This document shows positions 35,883-47,463 of a stretch of DNA of 56,172 bases, one piece after another. The stretch's first letter is position 1, and every line of letters starts with the position of its first letter. Both the position numbers and the translations under genes were made by a program. The notes below the pieces were generated by a model. The model searched no databases and was not told the DNA's origin. It saw only the letters and a program-made list of their open reading frames with translations. The stretch spans positions 1 to 56,172 of the forward strand of contig JAUCBJ010001310.1 in assembly GCA_032718475.1 (NCBI GenBank), given 5' to 3'. Source of the stretch: Nemertoderma westbladi (lineage: Eukaryota > Animalia > Xenacoelomorpha).

Positions 35883-38800
35883 GAGTCATTCCATTTATAA
35901 TCAACCAGGTGGTGAACCCATGTCCTCAGATTGATTCAATTTTTTGAGGGATCGAAGGGATTGGTAAACGATGGTACCATGCAAAATTTGAGCTCATGAA
36001 GTTCAGTGGTTCATGAGTTATTGCAATTTGAAAATTGGCTCTCTATGCGGCATGCGCACCGATTTGCGGCTCCTCGACATAGTACTTTTTTTTTAATTTT
36101 AGATAACATTTGTGAAAAACTACCCAACAAAATGTTTATGGGGGGTTTTCGACCATGTAGATCCCGAATTTTGGGTTAAAAATAGTAAATTCCAATGCCT
36201 TGTTTGGTTTTCAGCAAGATAAATTTCATTCGCTATAGGGTATTTTCAGTCAAAAAATTCATGATGTTGGTTAACTTTATTTTCTTTGGGACCAAGTTAG
36301 TTTAAAAATACCATCAATGTGTAATAGATAGCAAAAGGATTCATCCCCGCCCCGTTTTCCAAACTTGTGCTACATCAATTTGAATATTCGCGACATCGCG
36401 ACATGTCGCGAAAGCTCATGCTCTAAGCTAAAAAAGCTGAAGTGACATTTGGCTGATAGGCCTACTTCATAACAGTTTTGCATGTTTACATCACTTCTAG
36501 CTAAGTACTGCTCTACTATTGAGAAGTTTTAAAATTTGTATATTCGTGACATGTCATGAAGACTAAAATTCACCGTCCATGTAATTTTCTTTCCTATTTT
36601 CTTAACATCTTTTGAAACCTTTCTATGACATTAGTTTCATCTTGTTTTGACAGAGAGTAGGATCGCCCTGATATTGAAGTTGCCGAAGGAACATCTATCC
36701 TGCAGATCATGTCATTCAATGGAATAAGGCACTCATCAATTCTACGAGGCCAAAAGAAGCTCTTTGAAGGTCCGCTTGGGTGCATGAATGTTACCGATGC
36801 TTCCAATTCAACATCGTTCACATTTTTAACAAGACCCACCCACCACAAATCGTCATATTTACCAGCCACGTAATCATTCGCTTGATAATTCATATTATAT
36901 GAATATTTTTTAGAAAAATTATAGGAATTTGTAAAACTTTCATCTTCACTGCATCTTTTATAAGCTATTGCTAGATGCTGATCCTCTAATGGAACAAACT
37001 GGTGAAAACTGAGTGTACCTGGTATAGTTGTGGCCAACTCATATCGCTCTTTCAATTTTTCTCGTGTAGTCTTCAATTCTTCTTTCGAAATGGTGTAAAA
37101 CTTTATACCAGTAATTGAATCTGTGCAAAATTTGAAAAGATCAGCAACTGTAAGAATCTGATTGGAAAGTGGTCTACGAAGACTTTCCGAAGCAGCAAGT
37201 CGCTTTACAGTACCTCCAATTCCATCACATGCAGACTTGCCATGGCTGGTTGCAAAAAAGTTCCAAGATGCAGCTATCTTAAAGTCATGTTTATGTAAAG
37301 TTAGGTTGAGAAAATTTTTGCAATTTTTGTATTGGCCTCCACAGCCATCAGAATAATAATGTATGTGGCTAACAAGGGGAAATTCTTCCCTTATATATGA
37401 ACAAAGATGCTCCTGCATCTTGTAAACAAAACTTGTATCGTGATCAGAATCTTCTGATAGGTAGCAAAGTGAAGTAGAGCCTAAATGATTGTCAGCACCT
37501 TCTTTGTAGAAGTATAACACGAATGGATGTAAGGTGCAATACATTTGCGACCAGTGGTAGCTTTGTATTTCGTCCTGAATGACGAATGTATAATTCTCTG
37601 AGAAATCCCCAATAGCTATTACATAGCTGGGTTTGATCTCGCTCTTTAATTTGCGAAGATATTGTGATTGCGATTTTGCAAGGAAAGAATGTGGTGTTAG
37701 TTTCTTTATTGACTGTGAAACGATATCAATGTATTCATTAATTGTTGTGGCTTGTGATATTAGTGTAGATCGATCAGTTGTCTGCCATTGTTGAAAAATT
37801 ATCTGATCATCAAGGTTGTCACTAAATTCAGTTCTTAAATGTGATACAAGTTGTTCAATCCCAGGGCAAACCTGACATCTTTGAAGCATACATTCTTTAT
37901 TATTTGTATCACATACAGTCTTTGCAATCATTTCCTTATATGTGAGATTAGTCTTTGATGCCAAAAGCTTGGCATTTTGGTGGTAGGTACACACACACAC
38001 AAAATGTGTTCCTGAAGCACCTGGCAGTACACACCACTTAGGACGCAGAGAGCAGAAACTTGAAAACCCAACTTTGGTGTGGGGGTTTTGATTCTTAAAC
38101 TCAACAAATAACTCCTTGAGGGTGTTTAAAATGAGTCTTTTCTGCTCATATTGTTCACCCCTTCTAATACTAACAACATCCTTTACTCCTGGTAAAATAC
38201 GAGAGAACCTGTCATCCTGATAAAATTCAATTACTGTATCTTTTGAATTTTGTGATATTACATTTCTAAGTTTGTATTGGGGGACTGAAAGTATGCCTGA
38301 TTCAACATGCAGCTTTCGAGCTTGTTTAGCCTGATGAGCAGATACATTGAAGAAATCAACAGTATGAGTTTGAGACCAGGAGGAAGGAACCAAAGTTAAC
38401 ATCTTAATTATTTCAGAAGACTTAGTACCTGGTTGATTAATTTTCAGTTTTATTTCACCCATTAAAGTATTCAAATCATTAGAATCCCTTTGAAGGTTTT
38501 TTACTTCTGTATCTGAAACACTGTAACTGACTGCACCTTGACTAAAACTAGTGCTTGGGATATCAAGGGCATCTCCAAACGAATGCCTCAAAGACTTGAC
38601 GGTGCGTTCAAATTTATCTTTAGAATAGGGCAAGATTCGTTTCCCATGGAGCTTAATAGGTGTCAAACCACTATCAACCAACATTGTATCCAGATTCTTT
38701 CGAGCAATTTCTTTAGCTTCACTTCTTTGAATTGCACCTATCTCTGAATCTGTAGAGTGTGCAGAAACACTATCAGTATCACTAAGCTCTACATTTTCGA

Positions 38801-40509
38801 TCAGTTCATGTTCAGTCTCAATGTTACGTTTATTTAATTCAGTTAAGCAGCGATGGCATAGTTTCCATCCAGGAATTACAGAGAACCCCATACTTTGAAA
38901 TTGGATTGCATTTGCTATTGAAATAACACGATCACCTTTAGGTGCGTGGTTTTCCTTCTGAAAAACGTTGCAACATTTCTTAAATTGTCTTTCATAAATG
39001 GGACCTAAATATATATACTCATGATGTAAGCAAATATTAAAATCGCAGTCTAGCTGTATATCTTTAAACCCGGTTTGCCACTTTAGAAGTTGCAGGTTAT
39101 GATCTGACAACTCTGTCACGTTTTTAAGAGCTTTTGACATGTTATATGTTGTCTTGTGACAGGCACCTTCATCATTAAGTAATGTTGCGAGATTGCAACA
39201 ATTTAATACAGACATTACTCACAGAACTCAATCAACAGTGAATTAAAAGAAATAACAATTAATTAAAACAAAATACAGTTAAAATTCACAAAAAAAATAG
39301 TTCTAATTTACTGGTAGTCCTAATAAGGACTGTTTTGGCTAGTTGATAGTCTATGATAAAGGAAATAAAAAATAGGATAAAACAAACTTGCTAAAATTTG
39401 CGCACTTTATTATTATATAAAAAGATAAGAAAACAATTCAATACACAAAAGGAGATTTGACAGCTTTGATTAAGCTCAAAAAGGCAAGTGGAATGAGCTT
39501 ATGCACTAGCTTTTATAACCAGCAGAAACAACTCTGGCCAATGAGATGTCTCCAAAGTAAGATCAGCCAATAAGGTGCAAGGAATTCCAAGGCTGCTCTT
39601 TCAAGCTACTCGGGCCAACGTTTAAGCAGTGACTGCCTTGTTTACAAGTACATTTTATCTAAAAAACCTAAAAGTGGTATAACTTTTGAAGGGGTGATCA
39701 GTTTTCAAAAATCTTTTCGGATTCGAATTTGTCATTTTCTTGTGATCAAAAAAAGTTACGACATGATATTATTTTAATCACATTAAATTATTAAAACTAA
39801 TCAATAGTAGAGCAGTACTTACCTAGAAGTGATGTAAACATGCAAAAGTGTTATGAAGTAGGCTTGGCCTATCTGCCAAATGTAGTGTCACTTCAGCTTT
39901 TTTAGCTTAGAGCACAAGGTTTCGTGACATGTCGTGAACTTTCGAGAACTTTCGTGACATGTCGCGAACTTTCGCGACATGTCGCGAATATTCAAATTTT
40001 CAAATTGATGTAGCACAAGTTTGGAAAACGGGGCGGAAATGAATCCTTCTGCTATCTACTACACATTTATGGTACTTTTGAACTAACTTGGTCCTAAATA
40101 AAATAAAGTTGACCAACATCATGAATTTTTTGACTGAAAATTCCCTATCGCAAAAGAAATTTATCTTCCTGAAAACCAAACAAGGCATTGGCCTTTTCTT
40201 TTTTTAACCCGAAATTCGGGATCTACATGATCGAAAACCCCAATAAACATTTTGTTGGGTAGTTTTTCACAAATATTATCTAAAATTTCAAAAAAAATAC
40301 TACGTCGAGGTGCCGCAAATCGGTGCGCATGCCGCATAGAGAGACAATTTTCAAATTGCAATAACTCATGAACCACTGAACCAAATGAGCCCAAATTTTG
40401 CATAGTATTCTCTATATATTGGTTTCATATGCATGCAAAATATGAGTCTGAACGGGAGACCTTGGTGTCATTTTGACAATTTTCTGGTTGATTATAAATG
40501 GAATGACTC
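35883..40509 (-). mobile_element. Autonomous Sola2-type DNA transposon (4627 bp)
   Basis: 4-bp TSD ACAT; perfect 26-bp TIR GAGTCATTCCATTTATAATCAACCAG with GRG terminus; additional ~540-bp imperfect inverted repeats (~35979-36522 / ~39801-40403); central transposase. Confidence 0.9.
36594..39215 (-). CDS. Sola2-type DDD transposase, 873 aa, intact
   Basis: GDFSENY..QDEIQSYHW, YSDGCGGQYKN, FFATSHGKSACDGIGG; CVCTYHQN and N-terminal Cys/His clusters; C-terminal Tudor-like YDDLWWVG segment. Confidence 0.88.
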   Translation of the reverse strand: MSVLNCCNLATLLNDEGACHKTTYNMSKALKNVTELSDHNLQLLKWQTGFKDIQLDCDFNICLHHEYIYLGPIYERQFKKCCNVFQKENHAPKGDRVISIANAIQFQSMGFSVIPGWKLCHRCLTELNKRNIETEHELIENVELSDTDSVSAHSTDSEIGAIQRSEAKEIARKNLDTMLVDSGLTPIKLHGKRILPYSKDKFERTVKSLRHSFGDALDIPSTSFSQGAVSYSVSDTEVKNLQRDSNDLNTLMGEIKLKINQPGTKSSEIIKMLTLVPSSWSQTHTVDFFNVSAHQAKQARKLHVESGILSVPQYKLRNVISQNSKDTVIEFYQDDRFSRILPGVKDVVSIRRGEQYEQKRLILNTLKELFVEFKNQNPHTKVGFSSFCSLRPKWCVLPGASGTHFVCVCTYHQNAKLLASKTNLTYKEMIAKTVCDTNNKECMLQRCQVCPGIEQLVSHLRTEFSDNLDDQIIFQQWQTTDRSTLISQATTINEYIDIVSQSIKKLTPHSFLAKSQSQYLRKLKSEIKPSYVIAIGDFSENYTFVIQDEIQSYHWSQMYCTLHPFVLYFYKEGADNHLGSTSLCYLSEDSDHDTSFVYKMQEHLCSYIREEFPLVSHIHYYSDGCGGQYKNCKNFLNLTLHKHDFKIAASWNFFATSHGKSACDGIGGTVKRLAASESLRRPLSNQILTVADLFKFCTDSITGIKFYTISKEELKTTREKLKERYELATTIPGTLSFHQFVPLEDQHLAIAYKRCSEDESFTNSYNFSKKYSYNMNYQANDYVAGKYDDLWWVGLVKNVNDVELEASVTFMHPSGPSKSFFWPRRIDECLIPLNDMICRIDVPSATSISGRSYSLSKQDETNVIERFQKMLRK

Positions 40510-42860
40510 ACATAAGATTTAAAAGCCGTAATTAATGCAGAACGATTCGAAGTTAAAAAGCACTTGAAAATCAAATTTGTCATTTTTAGGGCCTTGGCAG
40601 CTTGTTCGCGACAATAAACATCGAAATTAAGAGAACTACACATTGTAATACCCAGGTCTCTACAGGAAGTGTCAATCTTTAAACATTTACCACCTAACAT
40701 GTACTGCGTATCATTTCGGTCTGCCGAACCGATGTAAAGCACGGTGCACTTATGAGCAGCAATTTTGAGTTGCCATGTATCAGCCCACTTTTCCAAAGCA
40801 GATAAAGCTTCAGCGAGTTGCAAATTATCGGACGAGCGCGCATACAGCTTTACATCGTCGGCGAACAATTTGCATGATACACTATTACCGATTATATCAG
40901 GTAGGTCATTAATAAACAACACAAACAATATTGGGCCAAGTACGCCACCTTGAGGGGTACCGGATAGTACATAGCAGACATCGGAAAAACTATTTCCAAC
41001 AACAACACGTTGGCTACGATCAGATAAAAAAGCCGATAACCACAATAGTAAATCTCCAGATATACCATATGCCGATAATTTAGATAATAACTTCCTATGT
41101 ACAACAGAATCAAATGCTTTCGCAAAATCAATATAAATTGTGTCCGTGCTCTGTCGACTATGTAATAAATTGCACCAATCAGTTGTACATTCCAATAATT
41201 GAGTACAGGTAGACCGTTTCTTTAAGAACCCATGTTGCGATTTAGATATGAGTTTATGAGAATATAAATAATCGAGCAATTTGTCCTTTATACACATCTC
41301 CATAATTTTGCATGCAATACAGGTCAAAGAAACAGGTCTGTAATTGTACGGGTCGGCAGCATCCCCCTTCTTATAGATTGGAACAATGGATGCTGTTAAC
41401 CAAATAGAAGGTAGACAATGGCTACTAAACGATATTTGGAAAATGGCCGCTAGAGGAGCTGCCAAGCACCGTGATAATCTAGAGAAGATAATACTGGGGA
41501 AACCATCAGGCGTACGACTCGATTTACCTTCAAGTTTACGTAATATACAGGATACGTTTACCGGACTAAAATCAACATGAGACATAGAAATATGATTGGG
41601 AACACGCCGCTCAAAATTTGGTGTAGCACTGTTATCAACGGAAAAGTTTTCTGAGAATACCTTTGATAGAATACGGGCTTTCTCAATATCATCTACCACG
41701 GTTGCACCTTTAAATTTAAACGGTGAAACACCAGAATTAAGGTTACGTTTCGAATTAATATATGAAAAAATATCACCGATATTGCCCGAACTAAGAATCT
41801 TGTTTTCCCGAATACAGGCTGCCCTGAAGCAAGCCTGGGATACAGCTTTGGCGCATTTCTTATATTCAGAACTACCAGTTACGGTATGACGTCGCCGCCA
41901 TAAGCGTTTTTTCTTGCGTTGTAATAAGCGAACAAAATCAGGGAAAACCTTCTTCTTGCGCGGTGTCACAAAACTCTTAAAAGTAACAAATCGTTCTATA
42001 CCTGTACGTAGTGTAGCACTAAAAAAATCCCAAAAATCATCAACGGAAATACAAGAATCAAAATTAGTGTTCCAATCAATACTTTCCATAAATATGGAGA
42101 ATTCACTGTAGTTACCATTCTTAAAATCATAATAACCTACGTTATCATCAGATGACGGGCTACGATCAGCAGATAAAATATTAAAAATTACAGATGCATG
42201 GTCACTAGTACTAAAATTATCAATAACATCTACATTAGAAACAAACATATCCTCACTTGAAAAAACTAGATCTAGAATGTTATTATCGCGGGTGGGTTTT
42301 AATTGTAACTGAGTTAAACCACTGTCCAGAAAACACTGGTTTAGTAAGTCGTAGTTAGCATATGTAGGATGTGTTAAGTTAAGCCAATCGAAATCTGGTA
42401 AATTAAAATCACCATTAACGACACATGGGGTATTTACTTGACAGAGAAGAGATATGCATTCGGACAAGAGTTTATCAGTTTCAATGGTCGCGATGGTTCC
42501 TGATCGATATATACATATAAACCGACAGGGGGAGCTTCCAACTAGATCGATCGCTACCACCTCAGTATCTACAAAGCGAGCCGGTAGTTGTACCTGGACG
42601 CATTTGATGTCCAACCGGACAAGGACGGCAACTCCACCACCACGAGAGGGTCTATCTTTGCGGAAGACACGGTATTGCCCATTGTTGCTCACCATCTTGT
42701 CTGGGATTGTATATGTGAGCCAGGACTCGGTGACAGCCAGGATCCCATATTTATTAGGTTGTAAGAAGAGCTCGAGGTCAGTTAGTTTATTGTTCAGCGA
42801 CCGCGCATTCACTAAGCAGCATTCGATGAATGGCTCCTTGACGGGTTGTTTCCCTCCGTT
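40510..42860 (-). pseudogene. CR1 ORF2 (APE + RT), N-terminal ~770 aa, interrupted by Sola2
   Basis: NARSL, VTESWL, RGGGV, GDFNLP, LDLVF, SDH, NYRPVSLT, QHGF, DFAKAFDSV, PQGGVLGP, FADD, RDLGI. Confidence 0.93.
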
Positions 42861-44038
42861 TAAACGTTTCCCGACGAAGAAGACGTCGGATCGGCAGTTG
42901 CGCCATTTGTATTCTGTGGCGTCGTCCGAGGATCCGGCGTACGGTGCTCCGGCCTCCCGGGCTCCGTCGTCCGCGGCGAGGGGGACACGGGAGACGGGTT
43001 TCTCGTTGATCGGTGTTGTCGTTGGTTACGAACAGCTTCCCGTTTATGGTACTGCTGCTCGGCCTGTAGTCGGGTAAGATCATGGTCAATATAAACCCCA
43101 GTATGCGCAGTGGATTTCCGGAGTTTTTTCTTTTGTTCCATGATATTATTCTTGGAATCCATGCTAGAGAGGCGGACAATGAAACGCGTAGGTTTATTAT
43201 CCCTCGCCGGTAGACTGGAAACCACTGAAAATACCACATCTTTCTGATCGAACTCTGACTCCAACAGAGAAGAGATTTCTCCTTTGTTAGAATCGTCGGT
43301 TGATACCGGTAAACCTCGAATGACGATGTTGAGCTCACGTTTCCGCTGCTCTTGAACCTCGCGATCCACATCCTCCGCGGTCATTGGGACCGCAGTAGAC
43401 GCGGGCCGGGTTTTGTTCTTCTTCTGTTGCACCTGGGACCAGGCCTCTCCACCCGAGTCCTTGGATTCCTCTCGAAGAAGATCGATCTCGGATTTCAGGG
43501 AACTGAAATCATTAGTGATTTTTTCTTCCAGTTTGGATATAACCGTTATTAGCGATTCCGAACTGGAACTGGTCGTATTTGCTGGTTGCTTAAATGCGCC
43601 ACGTGACTCGCAAGTGTTGCACACGATCTTGCAGTTTTTGGACTTCCCGAGAATCGGTATGTCCGAAGCGACGAGCCCGAGACACTTGCTGTGAATCCAG
43701 GATCCACAGCAGTCGCATCCCAGACAGTTTCTGCCCACCACCGCCTTCAGGCAGTGGGGACACAAATTCTCCACGAATTCGTCCCCGTCGCACGATGGAG
43801 TAGACACGTCGCACATGGCGACGTGGTTATTGTAGGCGGCTTTATCGGTGAAAAGGGCAGAACATCCGTCGCAGTTTAGCAGCTTGGAGAGATCTATTTT
43901 TCCTATTGGACTATTACCGCCGAGACTTGTCCTTGATGCTGGAGTGTTCGTCCCACGCGGTGCCGCTCCAGCTGGGCTTTGTCTCGTCGCTGGTTGCTTC
44001 TGCTTCGGAGGCATCTCGAAGCAGCGAAGGTATACCAA
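42860..44038 (-). CDS. CR1 ORF1 protein (C2HC finger, PHD finger, coiled coil, RRM-like domain)
   Basis: CPHC..CDCCGSWIHSKC..CNTC (PHD); KRELNIVIRGL and VYIDHDLT typical of CR1/L2 ORF1. Confidence 0.88.
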   Translation of the reverse strand: MVYLRCFEMPPKQKQPATRQSPAGAAPRGTNTPASRTSLGGNSPIGKIDLSKLLNCDGCSALFTDKAAYNNHVAMCDVSTPSCDGDEFVENLCPHCLKAVVGRNCLGCDCCGSWIHSKCLGLVASDIPILGKSKNCKIVCNTCESRGAFKQPANTTSSSSESLITVISKLEEKITNDFSSLKSEIDLLREESKDSGGEAWSQVQQKKNKTRPASTAVPMTAEDVDREVQEQRKRELNIVIRGLPVSTDDSNKGEISSLLESEFDQKDVVFSVVSSLPARDNKPTRFIVRLSSMDSKNNIMEQKKKLRKSTAHTGVYIDHDLTRLQAEQQYHKREAVRNQRQHRSTRNPSPVSPSPRTTEPGRPEHRTPDPRTTPQNTNGATADPTSSSSGNV

Positions 44039-45591
44039 AGCAGTCGTATAGCAGTATATATAAACAATATATATTAAATAATTAAGTAGGCCTAAGGGCT
44101 GTGCTGCTGTGAGTTACAATACATACCAACGTCCAGACGTCTGCACTGCTCCACTCCTGCCACTGCACGCCAGCCAGGCTGCAAACCACCACTGAACCGC
44201 GCACAACGCCTGCGCACAATTTTTCAGCCGCGCAGTAGGCCTATTGTGTATTGGACAATATACCGCGCATGCACCGAAAAAAAGGGCACACAACATTTTA
44301 ACAATGTAAACTAGAAACATACGCCAGCGAAGCGAGCCAAAGAAACGAGAGCAAAACTCAAAGCAGCAAAGTGAGCGAAATTTGTTCATTCTACATGTAA
44401 CAGTGCAAAATGAAAAAGAAACGCGAGCAAAACTCAAAGTGTTCGAAATTTTTTCATTCTAACAGTGCAAAATGAAAAAGAAATGCGACTACTGGACTAC
44501 CAGTCTGCTTTATATTATTTATAGCGTTAATTGTAAAATTTTATGAAAAACCATAAAAAACCAATTTTTTCGCCTTTTTTTAAAAGTTGGTTAAACCAAA
44601 AAACCATAAAAAACCAATGGTGAGAAAAACCATTGGTTGCCAACCCTGTACATAGCCTACATAATGTGCAGTAGCATACAGTCTATCCTTCAGTATATGG
44701 GCTACTTTAAGACTATGACCTAAATTTTGAGTCTCAGTTATAGGAGTTTTATCTACCCACTGCATAGTATTGCATTATATTGTATTATACGAACTGTCTG
44801 CCTGTAGCCTATTTGCTATTTCTACTTGTACTGTTGTAAGCCAGTCAAAATCTACATGTATCAAAGTTCTGTCAATCATTTCATATTGACCACAGAACCA
44901 AGGCCGCTAGTGGCTAGTCTGCTAGGGGCTAGTGATTGACACTGTAGCGGCGCATATTTCGGTCCTGTTGCATTTACTTACAATTAATTATATTTATATA
45001 CATACAAGCAGACAAGTGTAGTGTAGTGTACTGGTGTAGCTGTAGACTACACTGGTATACACGTTTTGCATGCGTTTCTCACTCGTTTGTACTCTTTTGT
45101 ACTATTTTTGCACTCTTTTGTACTATTTTTGCACTTTATTGTACTAATTTGTACTTTTTTGTACAGATTCGTCAGACCGATAATCTTCAAATAAATAATG
45201 TTCCAGACTGCCAGAATATTGTGTATTTCAGTATTTATCAAATAGGCCTATTATAAATGGCCTGACCTGCAGGCTGTATCGGATGCAAAGTTCTGCACTT
45301 TTTGAAGGCCCATATCTCCGCTATTTATCAATGGCATTCAGACATCAATAGTTATTTACAAATTTGGAATCCTTGCAACGACAAATTTGCATTGGTATCA
45401 ACAGCAGATCAACAAATCACAATAAGGATCAGGAATAATTGCGGTGCGAGGTGTGACTGGTGCAATGTCTGAATGTCAGAATGTCCAGATCAAAAATCTT
45501 AGTTTTATTTTAATCAGATTTTTGGTGTCTTAACTGTTAAATTTGTCTGATAACTAGCTGACTAGTAGGTAGGGCCTAAGCGGTAGTAGTA

Positions 45592-47335
45592 GGGTGTTTG
45601 AAAAAGGTGGACTGGACACAGAAAACATGAACAACGGACTGACCAATCAGAAACGTATTAAGCAAAGCTGTTTGTAGCGATTAGTTTGTCCACCTTTTTC
45701 AAGTTTTCGCTTTCTTAATTACATAATTGGGAATAAGATGTGTGTTTGAAAAAAGTGGACTGGACATAGATAATATAGATAATAGTCTGACCAATCAGAA
45801 ACGTATTAACAGATTAAAGCAATGCTATTTCGTAGTGATTGGACATGGACTGCCCACCTTTTTTCAGGTTTCAATTATCATTTATAATCGGCATGCTGGA
45901 AGCAGCTGCATTAAGAACAGAAGAATGCTGCCGGTGTCCTAGGCGCCGGCCATTCGGTCGTGGCCATTCTTCACATTAGTCGTAATTTTTTCATATCATT
46001 AGAAAGCTTGCCTTGCAAGGATTCGAAATATGTAACAATATCTGAATTTCGTTGAGAAACAACTGAGATATAGGCGTTCAAAGATTACAAGAAGTATCGT
46101 TCGGGTTCGCTGAAGGACATTTATTCTTTTCAATAAATGCACGATGTTCTGGAACATTTTGTTTAAGTATGAATAGCTATGCAATAAATATAATGGATAG
46201 GAATACCGCTGTTGCCAACCAACTTATAAAATAAATAACACATTCTAGAATTTTGTGTATTTATTAAATAGAATAAATGGCCTGTAGGGAACGATAATTC
46301 TTGCAATCTTTGAACGCCTATATCCCAGCTGTTCCTCAACGAAATTCAGATATTGTTACATATTTCGAATCCTTGCAAGGCAAGCTTTCTAATGATATGA
46401 AAACATTACGACTAATGTGAAGAATGTCCACGATACGGAGAGTGCGATTTCGCAAAAGACATTTACTTAAAAAGCTTATAAAAACAATTAAAGGCAAAAT
46501 CGAAAATTCCGGCTTCGTGGGGTCGTCGACGGTGAGTGGAACTAGTGGTGTTTCAAATTTCAAGCAATATAAAGATTTGTAGAAAAATCTGGGGGGGGGG
46601 GTGTCATCAGAAAATGACACAATATTACGGGACATGGTAATTTTAACACTAAAACTACATAGGCCTACAGTTGTAGGGGGCCTATTGTAAAATAAATAAT
46701 ACTTTATTGACCTTTTCGCTCCTCGATCTGACTTATTTACCACCCTCGCAGCGCTCGGTCGTTTAATAACAGATTTCGGGACGAACGGTAAATAAAGCAT
46801 ATTATATTTCCCTCACAGCTCACATTACAATATATAGTTATTATAATTAACTGTATACTGTAATGAGTTAGAATATTGACGTTCCAATATTGATGCTAAG
46901 GCTGTAAGGCTCAGCTCACAGACTTCGTGGCTCGCCCCATATTATTGAACTAGGCCTATTTCGACAACTTCAGAACTTCGGTTGGTCACAGTAAGTACAG
47001 TAAGTATGATTCGTCTACTTCGACAATTTCGGTTGGTCACGCAGTGCAGTAAGTATGGGATAATAATAACAATTATAATCCATAAAAACCTTCTGAAAAC
47101 TTTTGAAAAACGTGGACAGAGCTGCTATACCTATAATGTGCAAAGCAATCTGATTGGTCAATTCATTGCCTGTTCTTTCTCAACCCAGTCCACCTTATTG
47201 AAATTTGAAAAAAGTGGACAACAAAGCTGAAAAAGGTGGACATGCTGTGTGACGCCAATCGATTGATTGATTGACAATGATTGGTCTGTCCATTGTCCAT
47301 GTTTTCTGTGTCCAGTCCACCTTTTTCAAACACCC
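45592..47335. mobile_element. MULE-like non-autonomous element with CCAAT-containing repeated modules and nested inserts
   Basis: GGGTGTTTGAAAAAGGTGGACTGGACACAGAAAACATG versus CATGTTTTCTGTGTCCAGTCCACCTTTTTCAAACACCC; flanks GCGGTAGTA(GTA) / GCGGTAGTA give a 9-bp TSD with a 3-bp slip. Confidence 0.82.
45958..46433. mobile_element. Foldback element with ~145-bp inverted arms, nested in the previous element
   Basis: CATTCTTCACATTAGTCGTAAT...CCTTGCAAGGATTCGAAATATGTAACAATATCTGAATTTCGTTGAG is mirrored at ~46289-46433. Confidence 0.8.
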
Positions 47336-47463
47336 GCGGTAGTACTAACAAACTAGGCCTGCTGTATTTAATTTATCATTATTGTCACAGAAGCGCATAG
47401 GCCTATCGACTATCAGGCGTTCTATGAACAGGTGAATGTGACCGTCTAAAAAGTGTTTACAAT

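Larger units (their letters stand above)
34900..44114 (-). mobile_element. Full-length CR1-clade LINE (~4.6 kb), split by Sola2
   Basis: 6-bp TSD TACAAT (34894-34899 / 44115-44120); (TAA)n 3' tail; ORF1 plus ORF2. Confidence 0.92.
34515..44648. mobile_element. hAT-like MITE, copy 2 (~913 bp when empty), split by a CR1 LINE
   Basis: 8-bp TSD TACATAGC (34507-34514 / 44649-44656); both halves colinear with copy 1. Confidence 0.93.
33088..45179. mobile_element. Mutator/MULE-like MITE (~1.0 kb when empty), outermost layer of the nest
   Basis: 9-bp TSD ATAATCTTC (33079-33087 / 45180-45188); GGGTCCGACGAATTTGTAC versus GTACAGATTCGTCAGACCG; long TIRs of GTACAAAAGAGTGCAAAAATA repeats, the left one split by hAT copy 1. 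Confidence 0.85.

Noticed and set aside
35879-35904. Start MIINGMTH of the 167-aa ORF, and the tail SHSIYNQ... of the 795-aa ORF
   Set aside because: Both are read-through into Sola2 TIRs and are not real termini
42858-42864. TTTAAAC (coronavirus-type slippery heptamer) at the ORF1 stop
   Set aside because: Not in X_XXY_YYZ phase with ORF1 (reads GTT TAA); the upstream G GGA AAC is the correctly phased one
42454-44051. Plus-strand 207-aa and alternative-frame 194-aa ORFs over CR1
   Set aside because: Shadows of the GC-rich ORF1/ORF2 overlap
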